A DNA stretch of 64,000 bases from an uncultured Aliarcobacter sp. (GTDB lineage Bacteria; Campylobacterota; Campylobacteria; Campylobacterales; Arcobacteraceae), in NCBI GenBank assembly GCA_963677435.1, contig OY781945.1, positions 1,248,001-1,312,000 of the forward strand, given 5' to 3'. Below, in pieces: positions 1-11,188 of the stretch; the stretch's first letter is position 1; each line of letters begins with the position of its first letter. Under the pieces are notes generated by a model. The model was given only the letters and a program-made list of their open reading frames with translations, was not told the DNA's origin and did no database searches. A program made the translations under genes and the position numbers.

Positions 1-137
1 AAAGTTAATTTTTCAAACTCTTCATTTTCAAGGTAAGAGATAAGTTTATTTGTTTGTGATTTTTCTTCGTTTAAAAAGTCATATATCTTTTGTAGGTCAT
101 TTAAAAAGTTTTCTTTATTCATATTTTTATCTTTCAT
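1..137 (-). CDS. 5' part of a gene running off the window, resembling CiaB (invasion antigen B) family N-terminus
   Basis: Minus-strand frame from ATG 137 (or 122): MKDKNMNKENFLNDLQKIYDFLNEEKSQTNKLISYLENEEFEKLT, open to the edge; family call from recall only. Confidence 0.4.
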   Translation of the reverse strand, partial: MKDKNMNKENFLNDLQKIYDFLNEEKSQTNKLISYLENEEFEKLT

Positions 138-350
138 ATAATAAATTTGAGATTGTATTATAACTTATTATATTTCAATTAAAATTATGGGGCAATAAAG
201 TTGTTGTATATTTATTGTTATTAAAAAGTAAATTTATCTTTTAAATTTAGAATAATTTAGTTTGCATTTTTTTCTTTTTTTAAACTATTTTTTCAAAAAA
301 ATCATCTATAAAACAACACTTTTAGCAAATATTTTTATCTTTCTAGAAAG

Positions 351-446
351 ATGCTATCTTATTGCTATATTTTCTTAAAAAGAACTTATGTTCGTTAAGC
401 GAACTTTAATTTTACGAATGTTATAGTTTCTGTACAAATGTTCGAA
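351..446 (+). promoter_or_regulatory. Composite promoter of the lig operon: TGCTAT direct repeat, GTTCG-ttaag-CGAAC palindrome, extended -10 TGTTATAGT, downstream GTACAAATGTTCGA box
   Basis: Same elements with near-identical spacing at 9703-9798 and (middle element degenerate) 32478-32573; the palindrome resembles PcaR/PobR (IclR) operators. Confidence 0.75.
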
Positions 447-465
447 ATTAAAATAAAGGTCTAAT

Positions 466-1554
466 ATGAGTTATTTTTCAATACCATATATGCAAATTAG
501 AGGTGGTAGTTCAAAGGGAATTTTTTTTAATAAAAAAGATTTACCAGAAGATATTAAACTTCGTGATGAAATTATATTAAGTATTGTTGGTCGTGATTCA
601 AGACAAATTGATGGATTAGGTGGCGCAAACCCCCTTACTAGTAAAGTTGCTATTATCAGTAAATCTGAAGAAGAAGATTGTGATGTTGATTATTTATTTG
701 TTCAAGTAGTTGTTGGTGAAAACCGAGTTGATAGTTCTCCAAACTGCGGAAATATATTATCAGGTGTAGGTATATTTGCAATTGAAAGCAAAATGGTAAA
801 TACTAATGATGATACAACAGCTATAAAAGTAAATATGGTAAATAGCAATAACATTTGTGAATTGATTATGCAAACACCAAATGGTGAGTTAACTTATGTT
901 GGTGATGCCAAAATTGATGGTGTTCCAGGGACTTCATCTCCAATAATTTGTAATTATATGGATGTTGCTGGTTCTGTATGTGGTTCTTTATTTCCAACGG
1001 GAAATAAAAAGGATGTAATTGATGGAGTTGAAATTACATGTATTGATAATGGTATGCCTGTTGTACTTATTAATGCAAGTGAGTTAGGAAAAACTGGATA
1101 TGAAACTTGTGAAGAGTTGAGTAATGATCAAATATTTAGAAGTAAATTAGAAAATATTAGATTACAAGTTGGTCCTTTAATGAATTTAGGTGATGTTACG
1201 AACAAAGTTGTTCCTAAAATGACAATTGTATCAAAGGCAAAAAATGGAGGAAATATAAATACGCGAACATTTATACCTCATGTTTGTCACTCATCAATTG
1301 GAGTATTAGGTGCGGTTTCTGTTGCTAGTGCTTGTTTGTATGATGATTGTATCACAAGTAATGTATTTGAAAATAGTAATAAATCAAATAGAATAATTTC
1401 AGTTGAACATTCAAGTGGTGAATTTTCAGTTGAATTAACTTGTGAAGAGTTAAATGATGAATTAGTAATAAAAAAAGCTGGACTTTTAAGAACAGCTAGA
1501 CTTATAAGTAAAGGTGAGGCATATCCTCACCAAGAAATAATTAATAATATATAA
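466..1554 (+). CDS. galD: 4-oxalomesaconate tautomerase (PrpF/GalD/LigU family)
   Basis: RGGSSKG, QIDGLGGANPLTSKVAII and NCGNILSGVG motifs; first gene of the lig operon. Confidence 0.9.
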   Translation: MSYFSIPYMQIRGGSSKGIFFNKKDLPEDIKLRDEIILSIVGRDSRQIDGLGGANPLTSKVAIISKSEEEDCDVDYLFVQVVVGENRVDSSPNCGNILSGVGIFAIESKMVNTNDDTTAIKVNMVNSNNICELIMQTPNGELTYVGDAKIDGVPGTSSPIICNYMDVAGSVCGSLFPTGNKKDVIDGVEITCIDNGMPVVLINASELGKTGYETCEELSNDQIFRSKLENIRLQVGPLMNLGDVTNKVVPKMTIVSKAKNGGNINTRTFIPHVCHSSIGVLGAVSVASACLYDDCITSNVFENSNKSNRIISVEHSSGEFSVELTCEELNDELVIKKAGLLRTARLISKGEAYPHQEIINNI

Positions 1555-1564
1555 AGGAAAAATT

Positions 1565-2437
1565 TTGGAAAAGAAAACTTGTTTAGCGCCCGATAGGAAT
1601 ACAAAAACACCAGTTTATAAAACAATGAAAAATGCTTGTGATGCACATTGTCATGTATTTGGTCCCCATGAAATATTTCCTTATTCGGAAAAAGCAACAT
1701 ATTGGCCACCTGATACACCAGAAGCACTCTTGCGAAAAATGCACGATAAAATTGGTATTTCAAGAGCTGTATTAGTACAAGCTTCTTGTCATGGTAAAGA
1801 TAATTCTGCAATGATGGATGCAATAAAAAATGACCCGAAAAGATATAAGGGTGTTTGTATGGCTGATGATTCATTTACTGATGAAGATTTCAAATATCTA
1901 AACGACAATGGTGTTAAAGGTATTAGATTTAACTTTGTTACTCATTTAGGTGGTGCTCCTGATTTAGAGATGATGGAAAGGGTTATAAATAGAGTAATTC
2001 CTTTTGGATGGCATTTAGTAATTCATGTTAATGCAGAAGATATTATTAAATATGAAGATTTCTTTGCAAAATTTAATATGACGATTGTTGTTGATCATAT
2101 GGGAAGAGTTCCAACAAGCAAAGGGATTGAGCAAGAAGCATTCAAAATTTTATGTGAATTTATGAAAAAACCAAACTGGTGGGTAAAAATCTCAGGTGCT
2201 GAAAGAATTGGGGTACAACCTCCATTTTATGAAGCTATTCCTTATGCGCAAAGATTAGTATCAATTGCACCTGATAGAATTTTATGGGGAACAGATTGTC
2301 CTCATCCCAATATCAAAGAGTATATGCCAAATGATGGGGATCTTTTAGATTTATTTGCTCTAATGGTTCCAGATCCAGAATTACAAAAGAAAATATTAGT
2401 TGACAATCCAGCTAAATTATACGGATGGGAGGACTAA
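1565..2437 (+). CDS. ligI: 2-pyrone-4,6-dicarboxylate lactonase (amidohydrolase)
   Basis: [32 protein letters not shown] motifs; TTG start after AAGGA. Confidence 0.88.
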   Translation: MEKKTCLAPDRNTKTPVYKTMKNACDAHCHVFGPHEIFPYSEKATYWPPDTPEALLRKMHDKIGISRAVLVQASCHGKDNSAMMDAIKNDPKRYKGVCMADDSFTDEDFKYLNDNGVKGIRFNFVTHLGGAPDLEMMERVINRVIPFGWHLVIHVNAEDIIKYEDFFAKFNMTIVVDHMGRVPTSKGIEQEAFKILCEFMKKPNWWVKISGAERIGVQPPFYEAIPYAQRLVSIAPDRILWGTDCPHPNIKEYMPNDGDLLDLFALMVPDPELQKKILVDNPAKLYGWED

Positions 2438-2438
2438 G

Positions 2439-3158
2439 ATGTTAAGAGAACAAGTATTAGGTGTTGCAGTTAAAAATATTAATAGAGCACCTCAAGAACA
2501 AATAGATAGATTAGAAAAACTAGGATCTGCAACAGTTCATGAAGCACAAAAAAGAGTAGGGCAATTAAAACCTTATTTACGACCAGTTTTTTCAGGAGCT
2601 AGAATTGCAGGAAGTGCAATTACAGTTTTATTACAACCAGGTGATAACTGGATGTTACATGTAGCAATGGAATTAGCACAACCAGGTGATATTATTATTG
2701 CTGGATGTACAACAGATAATGATGATGGTTTCTTTGGGGATTTATTAGCAACTTCAGCAATTGCACAAGGTGTAAAAGGTTTAGTTATTGATGGTGGAGT
2801 AAGAGATACTAAAGATTTAAAAGAGATGAATTTTCCTGTTTGGTCAAAAGCTATTAGCATTAAAGGAACAGTAAAAAATACTTTAGGTTCTGTAAATATT
2901 CCAATTATTTGTGGTGGTCAACAAATAAATCCTGGTGATATTGTTATTGCTGATGATGATGGAATTTGTGTTGTTCCATATGAAAATGCACAAATAGTTG
3001 CTGATGCTGCCCAAAAAAGAGAATCTTTTGAAGGTGAAAAAAGAGCTAAGTTTGAAGATGGTGTTTTAGGTTTGGATTTATACAACATGAGACCAGGTTT
3101 AGAAGCAGCTGGTTTTAAATATTATGACACAGTTGAAGATTTAAAGAAAGGAATATAA
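2439..3158 (+). CDS. ligK: 4-carboxy-4-hydroxy-2-oxoadipate aldolase (RraA-like)
   Basis: [32 protein letters not shown]; start moved to ATG 2439 after GGAGG. Confidence 0.92.
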   Translation: MLREQVLGVAVKNINRAPQEQIDRLEKLGSATVHEAQKRVGQLKPYLRPVFSGARIAGSAITVLLQPGDNWMLHVAMELAQPGDIIIAGCTTDNDDGFFGDLLATSAIAQGVKGLVIDGGVRDTKDLKEMNFPVWSKAISIKGTVKNTLGSVNIPIICGGQQINPGDIVIADDDGICVVPYENAQIVADAAQKRESFEGEKRAKFEDGVLGLDLYNMRPGLEAAGFKYYDTVEDLKKGI

Positions 3159-3159
3159 G

Positions 3160-4194
3160 ATGATTATTGATTGCCACGGACACTACACAACAGCTCCTAA
3201 AGAGTTAACTGATTATAGAGACCAACAAATTAAAGAGTTAAGTGTTGATCCTTTGATTCAGCACTTAAAAGGTGAAATTAACATTACAGATGAACAATTA
3301 CGAGAAAGTATTGTAAATAACCAATTAAGATTACAGACTGAAAGAGGAACAGATTTAACAATCTTTTCTCCAAGAGCAAGTAAAATGGAACACCATATTG
3401 GTAATATAACTACAAGTATAGCTTGGAGCGAACATTGTAATGATTTAATTGCAAGAATTGTTGATTTATTTCCAAAAAACTTTGTAGGAGCTGCTCAACT
3501 TCCTCAATCTCCTGGTGCTTCAATTGATGCAAGTGTAAAAGAACTTGAAAGATGTGTGAAAGAGTACAACTTTATAGGTCTTAATTTAAATCCAGATCCA
3601 TCAGGTGGTTATTGGAATGATGTACCACCTTTAGATAATAAATATTGGTATCCATTATATGAAAAAATGGTTGAGCTTCAAACTCCTGCAATGATTCATG
3701 TAAGTGGTTCTTGTAACTGTGCTTTTCATACAACAAGTTCTCACTATTTAGGAGCTGATACAACTGCATTTACTCAACTTATGATGAGTAAAACATTGTT
3801 CAAAGATTTTCCTGAATTAAAATTCATTATTCCTCATGGTGGTGGAGCTGTTCCTTATCACTGGGGAAGATTTAGAGGATTATGTGATATGTTAGGTTTA
3901 GATAATCTAAACAAAATTATTGAAAATAATATCTATTTTGATACTTGTGTTTATCACCAAGAAGGAATTGATTTATTATTAGATTTAGTTCCAACTGAAA
4001 ATATACTTTTTGCATCTGAAATGATAGGTGCTGTTAGAGGAATTGATCCATTAACTGGTCACTATTTTGATGATACAAAACGCTATATAGATGCTGCGAA
4101 AATTAGCGATAATAAGAAAAAAATGATCTTCGAAGATAATATAAGAAAAATATTCCCAAGAATCAATCAACACATTGAAAAACATTTTAATTAA
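3160..4194 (+). CDS. ligJ: 4-oxalomesaconate hydratase
   Basis: MIIDCHGHYTTAP, FSPRAS, NLNPDPSGG, PHGGGAVPYHWGRFRGL. Confidence 0.93.
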   Translation: MIIDCHGHYTTAPKELTDYRDQQIKELSVDPLIQHLKGEINITDEQLRESIVNNQLRLQTERGTDLTIFSPRASKMEHHIGNITTSIAWSEHCNDLIARIVDLFPKNFVGAAQLPQSPGASIDASVKELERCVKEYNFIGLNLNPDPSGGYWNDVPPLDNKYWYPLYEKMVELQTPAMIHVSGSCNCAFHTTSSHYLGADTTAFTQLMMSKTLFKDFPELKFIIPHGGGAVPYHWGRFRGLCDMLGLDNLNKIIENNIYFDTCVYHQEGIDLLLDLVPTENILFASEMIGAVRGIDPLTGHYFDDTKRYIDAAKISDNKKKMIFEDNIRKIFPRINQHIEKHFN

Positions 4195-4207
4195 GGAGAT
4201 GAGTAAT

Positions 4208-4627
4208 ATGACTAAATATGAAGATAGAGATTATAAAGATATCCCAGGAACAATAGTTTTCGATTTACAAACTTGTATTAAAGGTTATGAGTTAAATAAA
4301 TTTTGCGATACATTAAATCAAGAAGATGCTAGACAAGCCTTTTTAAAAGATGAAGAAGAATATATGAGTAGATTTCCTAAGTTAACTGAAGAGATGAAAG
4401 ATGGTATTAGAAGAAGAGATTTAAATTATCTTCTTGATTTAGGTGGAAATATCTACTATTTATGGAAAATAGCAGCAACTTTAGGACTTGTAATGCAACA
4501 AGCAGGTGCAATGATGAATGAACCACCTATTACTCATGCTGAATTTCAACAAATGATGATAAACGGTGGTCGACCAATTGAAGGTAATAGAAGTATAAAA
4601 GAAAACAAGGAGAGAAATAATGGCTAA
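4208..4627 (+). CDS. ligA: Protocatechuate 4,5-dioxygenase alpha subunit
   Basis: DIPGTIVFD, GYELNKFC, LGGNIYYLWKIAAT, MMINGGRPIEGNRS; ATG 4208 lies 9 nt after AAGGAG. Confidence 0.9.
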   Translation: MTKYEDRDYKDIPGTIVFDLQTCIKGYELNKFCDTLNQEDARQAFLKDEEEYMSRFPKLTEEMKDGIRRRDLNYLLDLGGNIYYLWKIAATLGLVMQQAGAMMNEPPITHAEFQQMMINGGRPIEGNRSIKENKERNNG

Positions 4628-5465
4628 GATTATTGGAGGAATAGGGACATCACATATCCCAACAATTATGCATGTATTTGATGAAAAAACAAATGTAGGA
4701 CCATATTGGGAACCATTTAATGAGGGAATTAAACCTTTAAGAAAATGGATGAAAGATAATAAACCTGATGTTTGTATTATTGTTTACAATGACCATGGTT
4801 CAAATTTTTCTCTAAAAAATGTAATTCCATTTGGTATTGGTTTAGCAAATGAGTATTTACCAGCTGATGAAGGTTATGGTAGAAGACCTGTTCCAACATT
4901 TAAAGGTGATGCAGCATTATCAGCACATATTGCAGAGCATTTTAATGAAAAAGAATTTGATGTTGCTTTTTCTTTTGAATTAGATGTTGATCATGGTTTT
5001 TCAGTTCCAGCGTCAATTATGTTTGGTGAAGATTGTGAAGAATGGCCTTGCAAATTTATACCTTTATATGTGGGAGTTGTTCAATATCCACAACCAAAAG
5101 GTAATAGATGTTATAACCTTGGTAAAGCAATTAGAGAAGCTGTTGATTCATATCCTTCAGATGTAAGAGTTGCAATAGTTGGAACAGGTGGTTTATCACA
5201 TCAATTACAAGGACCAAGAGCAGGTCTTATCAATCAAGATTATGATAGAAAATGGTTAGATGGTTTAGTAAATGATCCTGAAAGTATCAAAGATATTTCA
5301 CTAACTGAGTTAATTAGAGAAACAGGTAGTGAGGGTGCAGAAGCTATTATGTGGTTAGTTATGAGAGGTGCTATGGATAAAGAAGTGAATGAAGTTCATA
5401 GATTCATGCACACTCCTGTATCAAATACTAATTATTCTCTAACAATATTAGAGAATAAAAAGTAA
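4620..5465 (+). CDS. ligB: Protocatechuate 4,5-dioxygenase beta subunit
   Basis: TSHIP, YNDH, VDHG, GGLSHQLQGPRAGLIN, GSEGAE motifs of class III extradiol dioxygenases. Confidence 0.92.
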   Translation: MAKIIGGIGTSHIPTIMHVFDEKTNVGPYWEPFNEGIKPLRKWMKDNKPDVCIIVYNDHGSNFSLKNVIPFGIGLANEYLPADEGYGRRPVPTFKGDAALSAHIAEHFNEKEFDVAFSFELDVDHGFSVPASIMFGEDCEEWPCKFIPLYVGVVQYPQPKGNRCYNLGKAIREAVDSYPSDVRVAIVGTGGLSHQLQGPRAGLINQDYDRKWLDGLVNDPESIKDISLTELIRETGSEGAEAIMWLVMRGAMDKEVNEVHRFMHTPVSNTNYSLTILENKK

Positions 5466-5476
5466 GGATTATAAAA

Positions 5477-6415
5477 ATGAAAATATGTGTAGTAGGAAAT
5501 GGAGCATTTGGTAAAAAACATCTTGATGCTCTTTCAAATATTGAAGATGTGGAAGTTGTATGTTTGGTTGGAAGAAGAGAAGAAGCTACTAAAAAAGTAG
5601 CTGATCAATACAATGTTCCAAATTATACATTAACTTTAGAAGATGCTTTAAAATATGATTTTGATGCAGCAATTATAACAAGTCCAACACAAATTCATGC
5701 AGAACAAGCAATTACTTTGATGAATGCAGGGAAACATGTAATGATTGAAATTCCAATGGCTGATACTTTGGAAGATGCACAAGCAATTGTAGATGTTCAA
5801 AAGAAAACAGGACTTGTGGCAATGGCTGGACACACAAGAAGATTTAATCCATCACATCAATATATTCATAATAAAATAAAAGCAGGTGAATTAAATATTC
5901 AACAAATGGATGTACAAACATACTTTTTTAGAAGAACAAATACAAATGCTTTAGGTGAACCTAGATCTTGGACTGATCATTTATTATGGCATCACGCTTG
6001 TCATACAGTGGATTTATTTGCTTATCAAACTGGTGAAGAAATTGTTGAAGTTCAAGGAATGCAAGGACCAATTCATCCAGAACTTGGAATTGCCTTAGAT
6101 ATGAGTATTGGTCTTAAAACACCAAGTGGAAAACTTTGTACTTTATCATTATCATTTAATAACGATGGACCATTAGGTACATTCTTTAGATATATCTGTG
6201 ATAACGGTACTTATTTAGCTAGATATGATGATTTATTTACAGGAAAAGAAGAACAAATTGATGTATCAAAAGTTGCTGTTTCTATGAATGGAATTGAACT
6301 TCAAGATAGAGAATTTATATCAGCAATTAAAGAAAAAAGAGAACCAAACGCAAGTGTACAACAAGCATTATCAGCTATGAAAATACTTGATTTACTTGAA
6401 AAGAAAATGAAATAA
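5477..6415 (+). CDS. ligC: 4-carboxy-2-hydroxymuconate-6-semialdehyde dehydrogenase (Gfo/Idh/MocA)
   Basis: GNGAFGKKH, EIPMAD, GHTRRFNPSHQ, SWTDHLLWHHACHTVD. Confidence 0.92.
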   Translation: MKICVVGNGAFGKKHLDALSNIEDVEVVCLVGRREEATKKVADQYNVPNYTLTLEDALKYDFDAAIITSPTQIHAEQAITLMNAGKHVMIEIPMADTLEDAQAIVDVQKKTGLVAMAGHTRRFNPSHQYIHNKIKAGELNIQQMDVQTYFFRRTNTNALGEPRSWTDHLLWHHACHTVDLFAYQTGEEIVEVQGMQGPIHPELGIALDMSIGLKTPSGKLCTLSLSFNNDGPLGTFFRYICDNGTYLARYDDLFTGKEEQIDVSKVAVSMNGIELQDREFISAIKEKREPNASVQQALSAMKILDLLEKKMK

Positions 6416-6486
6416 ATTAAAAAAATATATGTTGAGTTCTTGTTTCTTCAAGATACTTATTTTATTCAAAACTAAGGAGAGAGTTT

Positions 6487-7527
6487 ATGAAAAATATGAT
6501 TATGAAAGGTGCTTTATTACTTGTAAGCACAATGTTATTTACTAATTCATTATTAGCAAAAGATGATGTTCAAATACTTACAGTACATCATTTTATGAGT
6601 TCAAAGGCACCATTACAAACAAAGTTTCTTGAGCCTTGGGCAAAGAAAGTTGAAGAAGCATCACACGGAAAGTTAAAAATCGAAATATTTCCATCTATGA
6701 GTATGGGTGGAAAACCAGATGAGTTATATAAACAAGTTAGAAATGGTACAGCTGACATAGTTTGGACACTTCCTGGATATACTCCAGGTGTTTTCCCACG
6801 AACAGAAGTTTTTGAATTACCAACTGTTCATATTGGTGATGCTGTTGCAACATCAATTGCAATGAGAGAAAAGTTTGATTTAATTAAAGATGATTTTGTA
6901 GATATAAAACCTTTATTAGTTTATGCAGCAGCAGGAAATGCACTTCATACAGTTAATAAGAAAATAACAAATATATCAGATTTAAAAGGTTTAAAATTAA
7001 GAGCACCTTCAAGAACTGCTGGCTGGTATATTGAAGCTATGGGGGCAGAATCTGTTGGTATGCCTTTACCAGATCTTCCACAAGCATTATCAAAAAATGC
7101 TATTGATGGTGCACTTGTTCCTTTTGAAGTTTTCCCTGCATATAAATTTGCTCAATTAACTCAATATTCAATTGAGGGTGAAAAAGGTGAAAGATTTGGA
7201 ACTTCTGTATTTATGCTTTTAATGAATAATGATAGATTTAATTCTCTTTCAAAAGAATTACAAAAAGTTATTATGGACAGTGTTGATATGAATACAGTAA
7301 AAGAAGTGGGACAACTTTGGATGGATTTTGAAAAACCTGGAATGCAAATGCAAAAAGACTCAAAAGATGGCGAAATCATAAAGTTAGATTCAAAAGCAAT
7401 GGTTGAATTTAATAAAGCAGGAGAACAAGTTGTTCAAAGATGGATAACTGAAGCCAATGAAAAAGGTATAGATGGTCAAAAACTTGTAGATTCTGCAAGA
7501 GAGGCAATCTCAAGTCATAGTAAATAA
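6487..7527 (+). CDS. dctP: TRAP transporter substrate-binding protein (aromatic acid), paralog 1
   Basis: Signal peptide; GYTPGVFPRTEVFELP; followed by small and large permease genes. Confidence 0.88.
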   Translation: MKNMIMKGALLLVSTMLFTNSLLAKDDVQILTVHHFMSSKAPLQTKFLEPWAKKVEEASHGKLKIEIFPSMSMGGKPDELYKQVRNGTADIVWTLPGYTPGVFPRTEVFELPTVHIGDAVATSIAMREKFDLIKDDFVDIKPLLVYAAAGNALHTVNKKITNISDLKGLKLRAPSRTAGWYIEAMGAESVGMPLPDLPQALSKNAIDGALVPFEVFPAYKFAQLTQYSIEGEKGERFGTSVFMLLMNNDRFNSLSKELQKVIMDSVDMNTVKEVGQLWMDFEKPGMQMQKDSKDGEIIKLDSKAMVEFNKAGEQVVQRWITEANEKGIDGQKLVDSAREAISSHSK

Positions 7528-7539
7528 AAAGGCTGATAT

Positions 7540-8070
7540 ATGCAAGCAAAATTAAGAATATATATGGAAAACCGATTAAGAAAGATTTGCCTTTGGTGGG
7601 TATATTTAGCAGGAATAATGTTAGTGATAATTATAGGAACAACAGTAATTAATATTACTGCATTTGGTCTTGATAAAATTACAAGATTATTTAATTCTAA
7701 TATAGAAGGATTAACTGGCTATGAAGACCTCGTAAGGTTATTGACAAGTTGTATTGCTTTAATGTTTTTCCCTTGGGCTCAGGCTCAAAGGGGACATGTG
7801 GCAGTTGATTTTTTTGCAGATAAATTTTCTCCAAAATTTCAACAAGTATTAGATATTTTGTGGTTAAGTTGTACATTAATATTTGTTGTATTTTTAGGAA
7901 TATTAATGTTTATGGGAATGTTAGAATCTTTTAGTGATGGATCTGTTTCTACAACATTAGGTTGGGCACAATGGCCTTTTTATATACCAGGTATTATTTC
8001 ACTTGGATTATGGTCAATTGTATTATTTTTTCAAATATTTCTACATAAAGGGGGAAAATTAGATGGGTGA
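7540..8070 (+). CDS. dctQ: TRAP transporter small permease
   Basis: Four hydrophobic segments; RGHVAVDF motif. Confidence 0.88.
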   Translation: MQAKLRIYMENRLRKICLWWVYLAGIMLVIIIGTTVINITAFGLDKITRLFNSNIEGLTGYEDLVRLLTSCIALMFFPWAQAQRGHVAVDFFADKFSPKFQQVLDILWLSCTLIFVVFLGILMFMGMLESFSDGSVSTTLGWAQWPFYIPGIISLGLWSIVLFFQIFLHKGGKLDG

Positions 8071-9463
8071 AAAAGAGTTAATTGGATTAGTTGGACTTAT
8101 CTTCTTCTTCTTTCTTTTAGTATTAAAAGCAAGAGTAGCTTTTGCTATGGCTTTTACAGGAATTTTAGGAACTTTTGTTCTTTCTATATATGTTCCATAT
8201 ATAAGATTTGAACCGTATATATTACAGTATAAAAGTTTGCTTTGGGAAAATCTAGCAAACTATGAGCTTTCGGTTATTCCATTATTCATTTTTATGGGAT
8301 ATTTAGCAAGTCATACAAAACTTGCACAAGCACTGTTTATTGGTATGAATGCAATATTTGGAAGGTTTAGAGGTGGAGTGGCAATCACAGCAATTGGTGC
8401 TTGTGCAGGATTTGGAGCAGTTTCAGGTTCATCATTAGCAACAGCTTCAACAATGGGAAAAATTGCATTACCTGAACTTGAGAAATTAAACTATTCTCCA
8501 AGATTAGCAACTGGAACATTAGCAGCTGGTGGAACACTTGGAATTTTAATTCCTCCCTCAATTGCATTAATTTTATATGCAATTGTAGTTGAGGGTTCAA
8601 TTATTGAAATGTTTCAAGCAGCAATTCTTCCAGGATTACTGGCTGTTCTATTTTTTATTATGGTTATTCTTATTCAAGTAAGAATAAAACCAGAATTAGG
8701 ACCTGCTTCTGAGCCTTTAAGTAAAGAAGAAAGAAATAAGGCATTTTTAGGATTGATACCAGTTGTATTAACTTTTGGTTCGATTATTTTAGGACTTGGA
8801 TTAGGTTTATTTACGCCAACTCCTGCAGCTGCAGCTGGTGTATTTATTATTGCAGTGTATGGTCTTTATCAAAGAATAAGATATGGTAAAGGTAATGGAC
8901 TAACATTTAGTAGATTAAAAGATAGTTTGATTGAAACAGCTGTTTCAAGTGCTATGATATATTATATTTTATTTGGTGCAGAAGTTTTAAAAGGATTTTT
9001 TACAAGATCAGGTCTTCCTCAAGCAATTGCAGAGTGGGCAATGACTGTTGAAGTTAATCCATGGATGGTTCTTGTTGCAATTTTAATTATATTTATTATT
9101 CTTGGTTTTTTCATGGATTCTATGGCTATGATTCTTGTTATTATTCCATTTATTTGGCCAGTGCTTGTTAGTATCAATGGTGGTGAATATGTAACTGCTG
9201 CAACTGCTGGATTTGGAATGAATAATGAGGATTTAAAAATATGGTTTGGTATTTTAGCTCTCATATCCGTTGAGTTAGGGTTAATTACTCCTCCTGTTGG
9301 GTTGAATGTATTTATTATTTCAAAAATATCTGAGAAGGTTCCTATGATTGAAATATTCAAAGGAGTTATACCTTTTGTTGGAGCAGAAATCATAAGAATT
9401 GGAGTCTTAATCTTCCTTCCTTGGTTATCATTATTTATGCCTCATTGGCTTGCAGGGCATTAA
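8063..9463 (+). CDS. dctM: TRAP transporter large permease
   Basis: GSSLATASTMG, GTLGILIPPS, ELGLITPPVGLNVF. Confidence 0.92.
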   Translation: MGEKELIGLVGLIFFFFLLVLKARVAFAMAFTGILGTFVLSIYVPYIRFEPYILQYKSLLWENLANYELSVIPLFIFMGYLASHTKLAQALFIGMNAIFGRFRGGVAITAIGACAGFGAVSGSSLATASTMGKIALPELEKLNYSPRLATGTLAAGGTLGILIPPSIALILYAIVVEGSIIEMFQAAILPGLLAVLFFIMVILIQVRIKPELGPASEPLSKEERNKAFLGLIPVVLTFGSIILGLGLGLFTPTPAAAAGVFIIAVYGLYQRIRYGKGNGLTFSRLKDSLIETAVSSAMIYYILFGAEVLKGFFTRSGLPQAIAEWAMTVEVNPWMVLVAILIIFIILGFFMDSMAMILVIIPFIWPVLVSINGGEYVTAATAGFGMNNEDLKIWFGILALISVELGLITPPVGLNVFIISKISEKVPMIEIFKGVIPFVGAEIIRIGVLIFLPWLSLFMPHWLAGH

Positions 9464-9472
9464 TATAAAGAT

Positions 9473-9498
9473 ATATAAACTCTTTTTAGAGTTTATAT
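9473..9498 (+). terminator. Probable intrinsic terminator after dctM
   Basis: ATATAAACTCT-tttt-AGAGTTTATAT hairpin followed by T-rich sequence. Confidence 0.55.
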
Positions 9499-9702
9499 TC
9501 TTTAATTATATATCTATTTTTACTTTCACCTTTTTCTTATATAAAACTATCATATTTCTATCAATAAATTTTACAAAAATTCATATTTTTATCAAATTTT
9601 CTTAAATTTTACAAAAAAATTAAAATTAAAAATTTATCTTAATAATAACTTAATAATCAGGGATATTAATCAAGTCCGAAAATATAAGCTTCTGTATAAA
9701 AA

Positions 9703-9798
9703 ATGCTATTTTAATGCTATTCTAAGCTATATTTGAACTATTGTGCGTTAAGCGAACTTTAAAAATAAGCATGTTATAGTTTTGTACAAATGTTCGAA
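9703..9798 (+). promoter_or_regulatory. Second copy of the composite aromatic-regulon promoter, upstream of the porin
   Basis: ATGCTATTTTAATGCTAT ... GTGCGTTAAGCGAAC ... TGTTATAGT ... GTACAAATGTTCGAAA, collinear with 351-446. Confidence 0.75.
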
Positions 9799-9818
9799 AA
9801 TCATAAAAAGGAAAATAA

Positions 9819-11141
9819 ATGAGAAATCTTAAAAAAATCTGTATAGCATTAGCTGCCGTAAATGCATTAGGTATAACTGCATATGCTGGTACTTTACAAG
9901 AAGCATTGTCGGGTGGAAAAGCTGGTGGAGAAATTAGATCTGTAACAGTAATGAGTTCATATTCAGACAATACAGAAGCTGGTCCATATAACAATGCAAA
10001 CTCTTCTGCTATTGCATTACAGTTGAATTATAAAACAGCTGATTTTAATGGCTTTAAAAGTGAAATTGGTTTTCAAACGGCTCATAGTTTTGATTTAGAA
10101 GATTCAAGTGCTCCTGCTGATGCACCTAAGTTCTACAATGAAAGAGAAAGTAGGGTAACACAAGAGGGTTCAAATCTTTATCTTGCAAATGTTTCATATG
10201 CAGCAGGAAATACAGAAGCTAAAGTTGGTAGACAGTTAATTTCAACTCCATTAATGTCTTACTCTAATTCAAATCCATTAGTAGATACTTACAATGGATT
10301 ATCAGTTGTAAATAAAGATCTATCTAATACAGAAATCAAACTTTATGTTTTAAAAGATTGGATTGAAAGATATTCTACTGATCCATCTGCATCAGATAGA
10401 GCAAAAGGTGATGATAGAATTACTCACTGGAAAAAACCAACAATTTCTTTATATGTAAAAAATAGTAGTATTGAAAATTTAAATTTAGAAGGACAATATT
10501 TAGGTGTTAGAGATGACGAAGGTAATCCAAATGATGCACCAGTAGCTACAAATGGTTCATATAAAGTTTATTATGGTGCATTTGATTATAAATTACCTGT
10601 TGGGATGCCATTATCAATTGGAAGTTTCTATTCTGTTGCTGATTATGATAGTACAGTATCAACAGGTGCTCCTAAATTACTTGATAAAAATGATACTAAT
10701 ATGTATGGTGTTAAATTATCTGGAAAAATTTTGGATACAGTATTTAAAGTTGCGTACACTAAAGTAGGTGATGATGGTGACTTCATTGGAAACTTAGGAC
10801 ATACTCCTAACTTCTTTAAATATAATGGTGGACAAATGTTTACAGATAACTTTTATGCAGGAGAGAGTTCAACATCTCTTATGCTAATTCCTAAATTGAT
10901 TCCAAATGTATTTACATTATTTGCAATTTCTAAATATTCTCAAACTGAGCAAGGTAAAATAAATACTTCAAGAGGTGCGGATATGGATGGTGCAGTTGAA
11001 ATTATGGCTGATTTAAAATATAACTTAACAAAAGAGCTTGTTGCAAGATTACAAGTTGCAGAAATTGATTTTGATAGTGAAAAAGCTAATACTGACGATA
11101 AAATGACAATTGGTAAACTTTATTTAACTTATAGTTTCTAA
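9819..11141 (+). CDS. Outer-membrane porin (OprD/Campylobacterota porin-like), probable aromatic acid channel
   Basis: Signal peptide, KVGRQLISTPL, amphipathic beta pattern, C-terminal YLTYSF. Confidence 0.75.
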   Translation: MRNLKKICIALAAVNALGITAYAGTLQEALSGGKAGGEIRSVTVMSSYSDNTEAGPYNNANSSAIALQLNYKTADFNGFKSEIGFQTAHSFDLEDSSAPADAPKFYNERESRVTQEGSNLYLANVSYAAGNTEAKVGRQLISTPLMSYSNSNPLVDTYNGLSVVNKDLSNTEIKLYVLKDWIERYSTDPSASDRAKGDDRITHWKKPTISLYVKNSSIENLNLEGQYLGVRDDEGNPNDAPVATNGSYKVYYGAFDYKLPVGMPLSIGSFYSVADYDSTVSTGAPKLLDKNDTNMYGVKLSGKILDTVFKVAYTKVGDDGDFIGNLGHTPNFFKYNGGQMFTDNFYAGESSTSLMLIPKLIPNVFTLFAISKYSQTEQGKINTSRGADMDGAVEIMADLKYNLTKELVARLQVAEIDFDSEKANTDDKMTIGKLYLTYSF

Positions 11142-11147
11142 TAAATA

Positions 11148-11178
11148 AAAAAAGCAACAATTTTTTTGTTGCTTTTTT
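11148..11178 (+). terminator. Intrinsic terminator between porin and mobA
   Basis: AAAAAAGCAACAA-ttttt-TTGTTGCTTTTTT. Confidence 0.7.
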
Positions 11179-11188
11179 ATTATAAGGA

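Noticed and set aside
9722..9994. Minus-strand ORF as a possible divergent regulator of the porin
   Set aside because: Overlaps the porin 5' end and its promoter; no DNA-binding motif.
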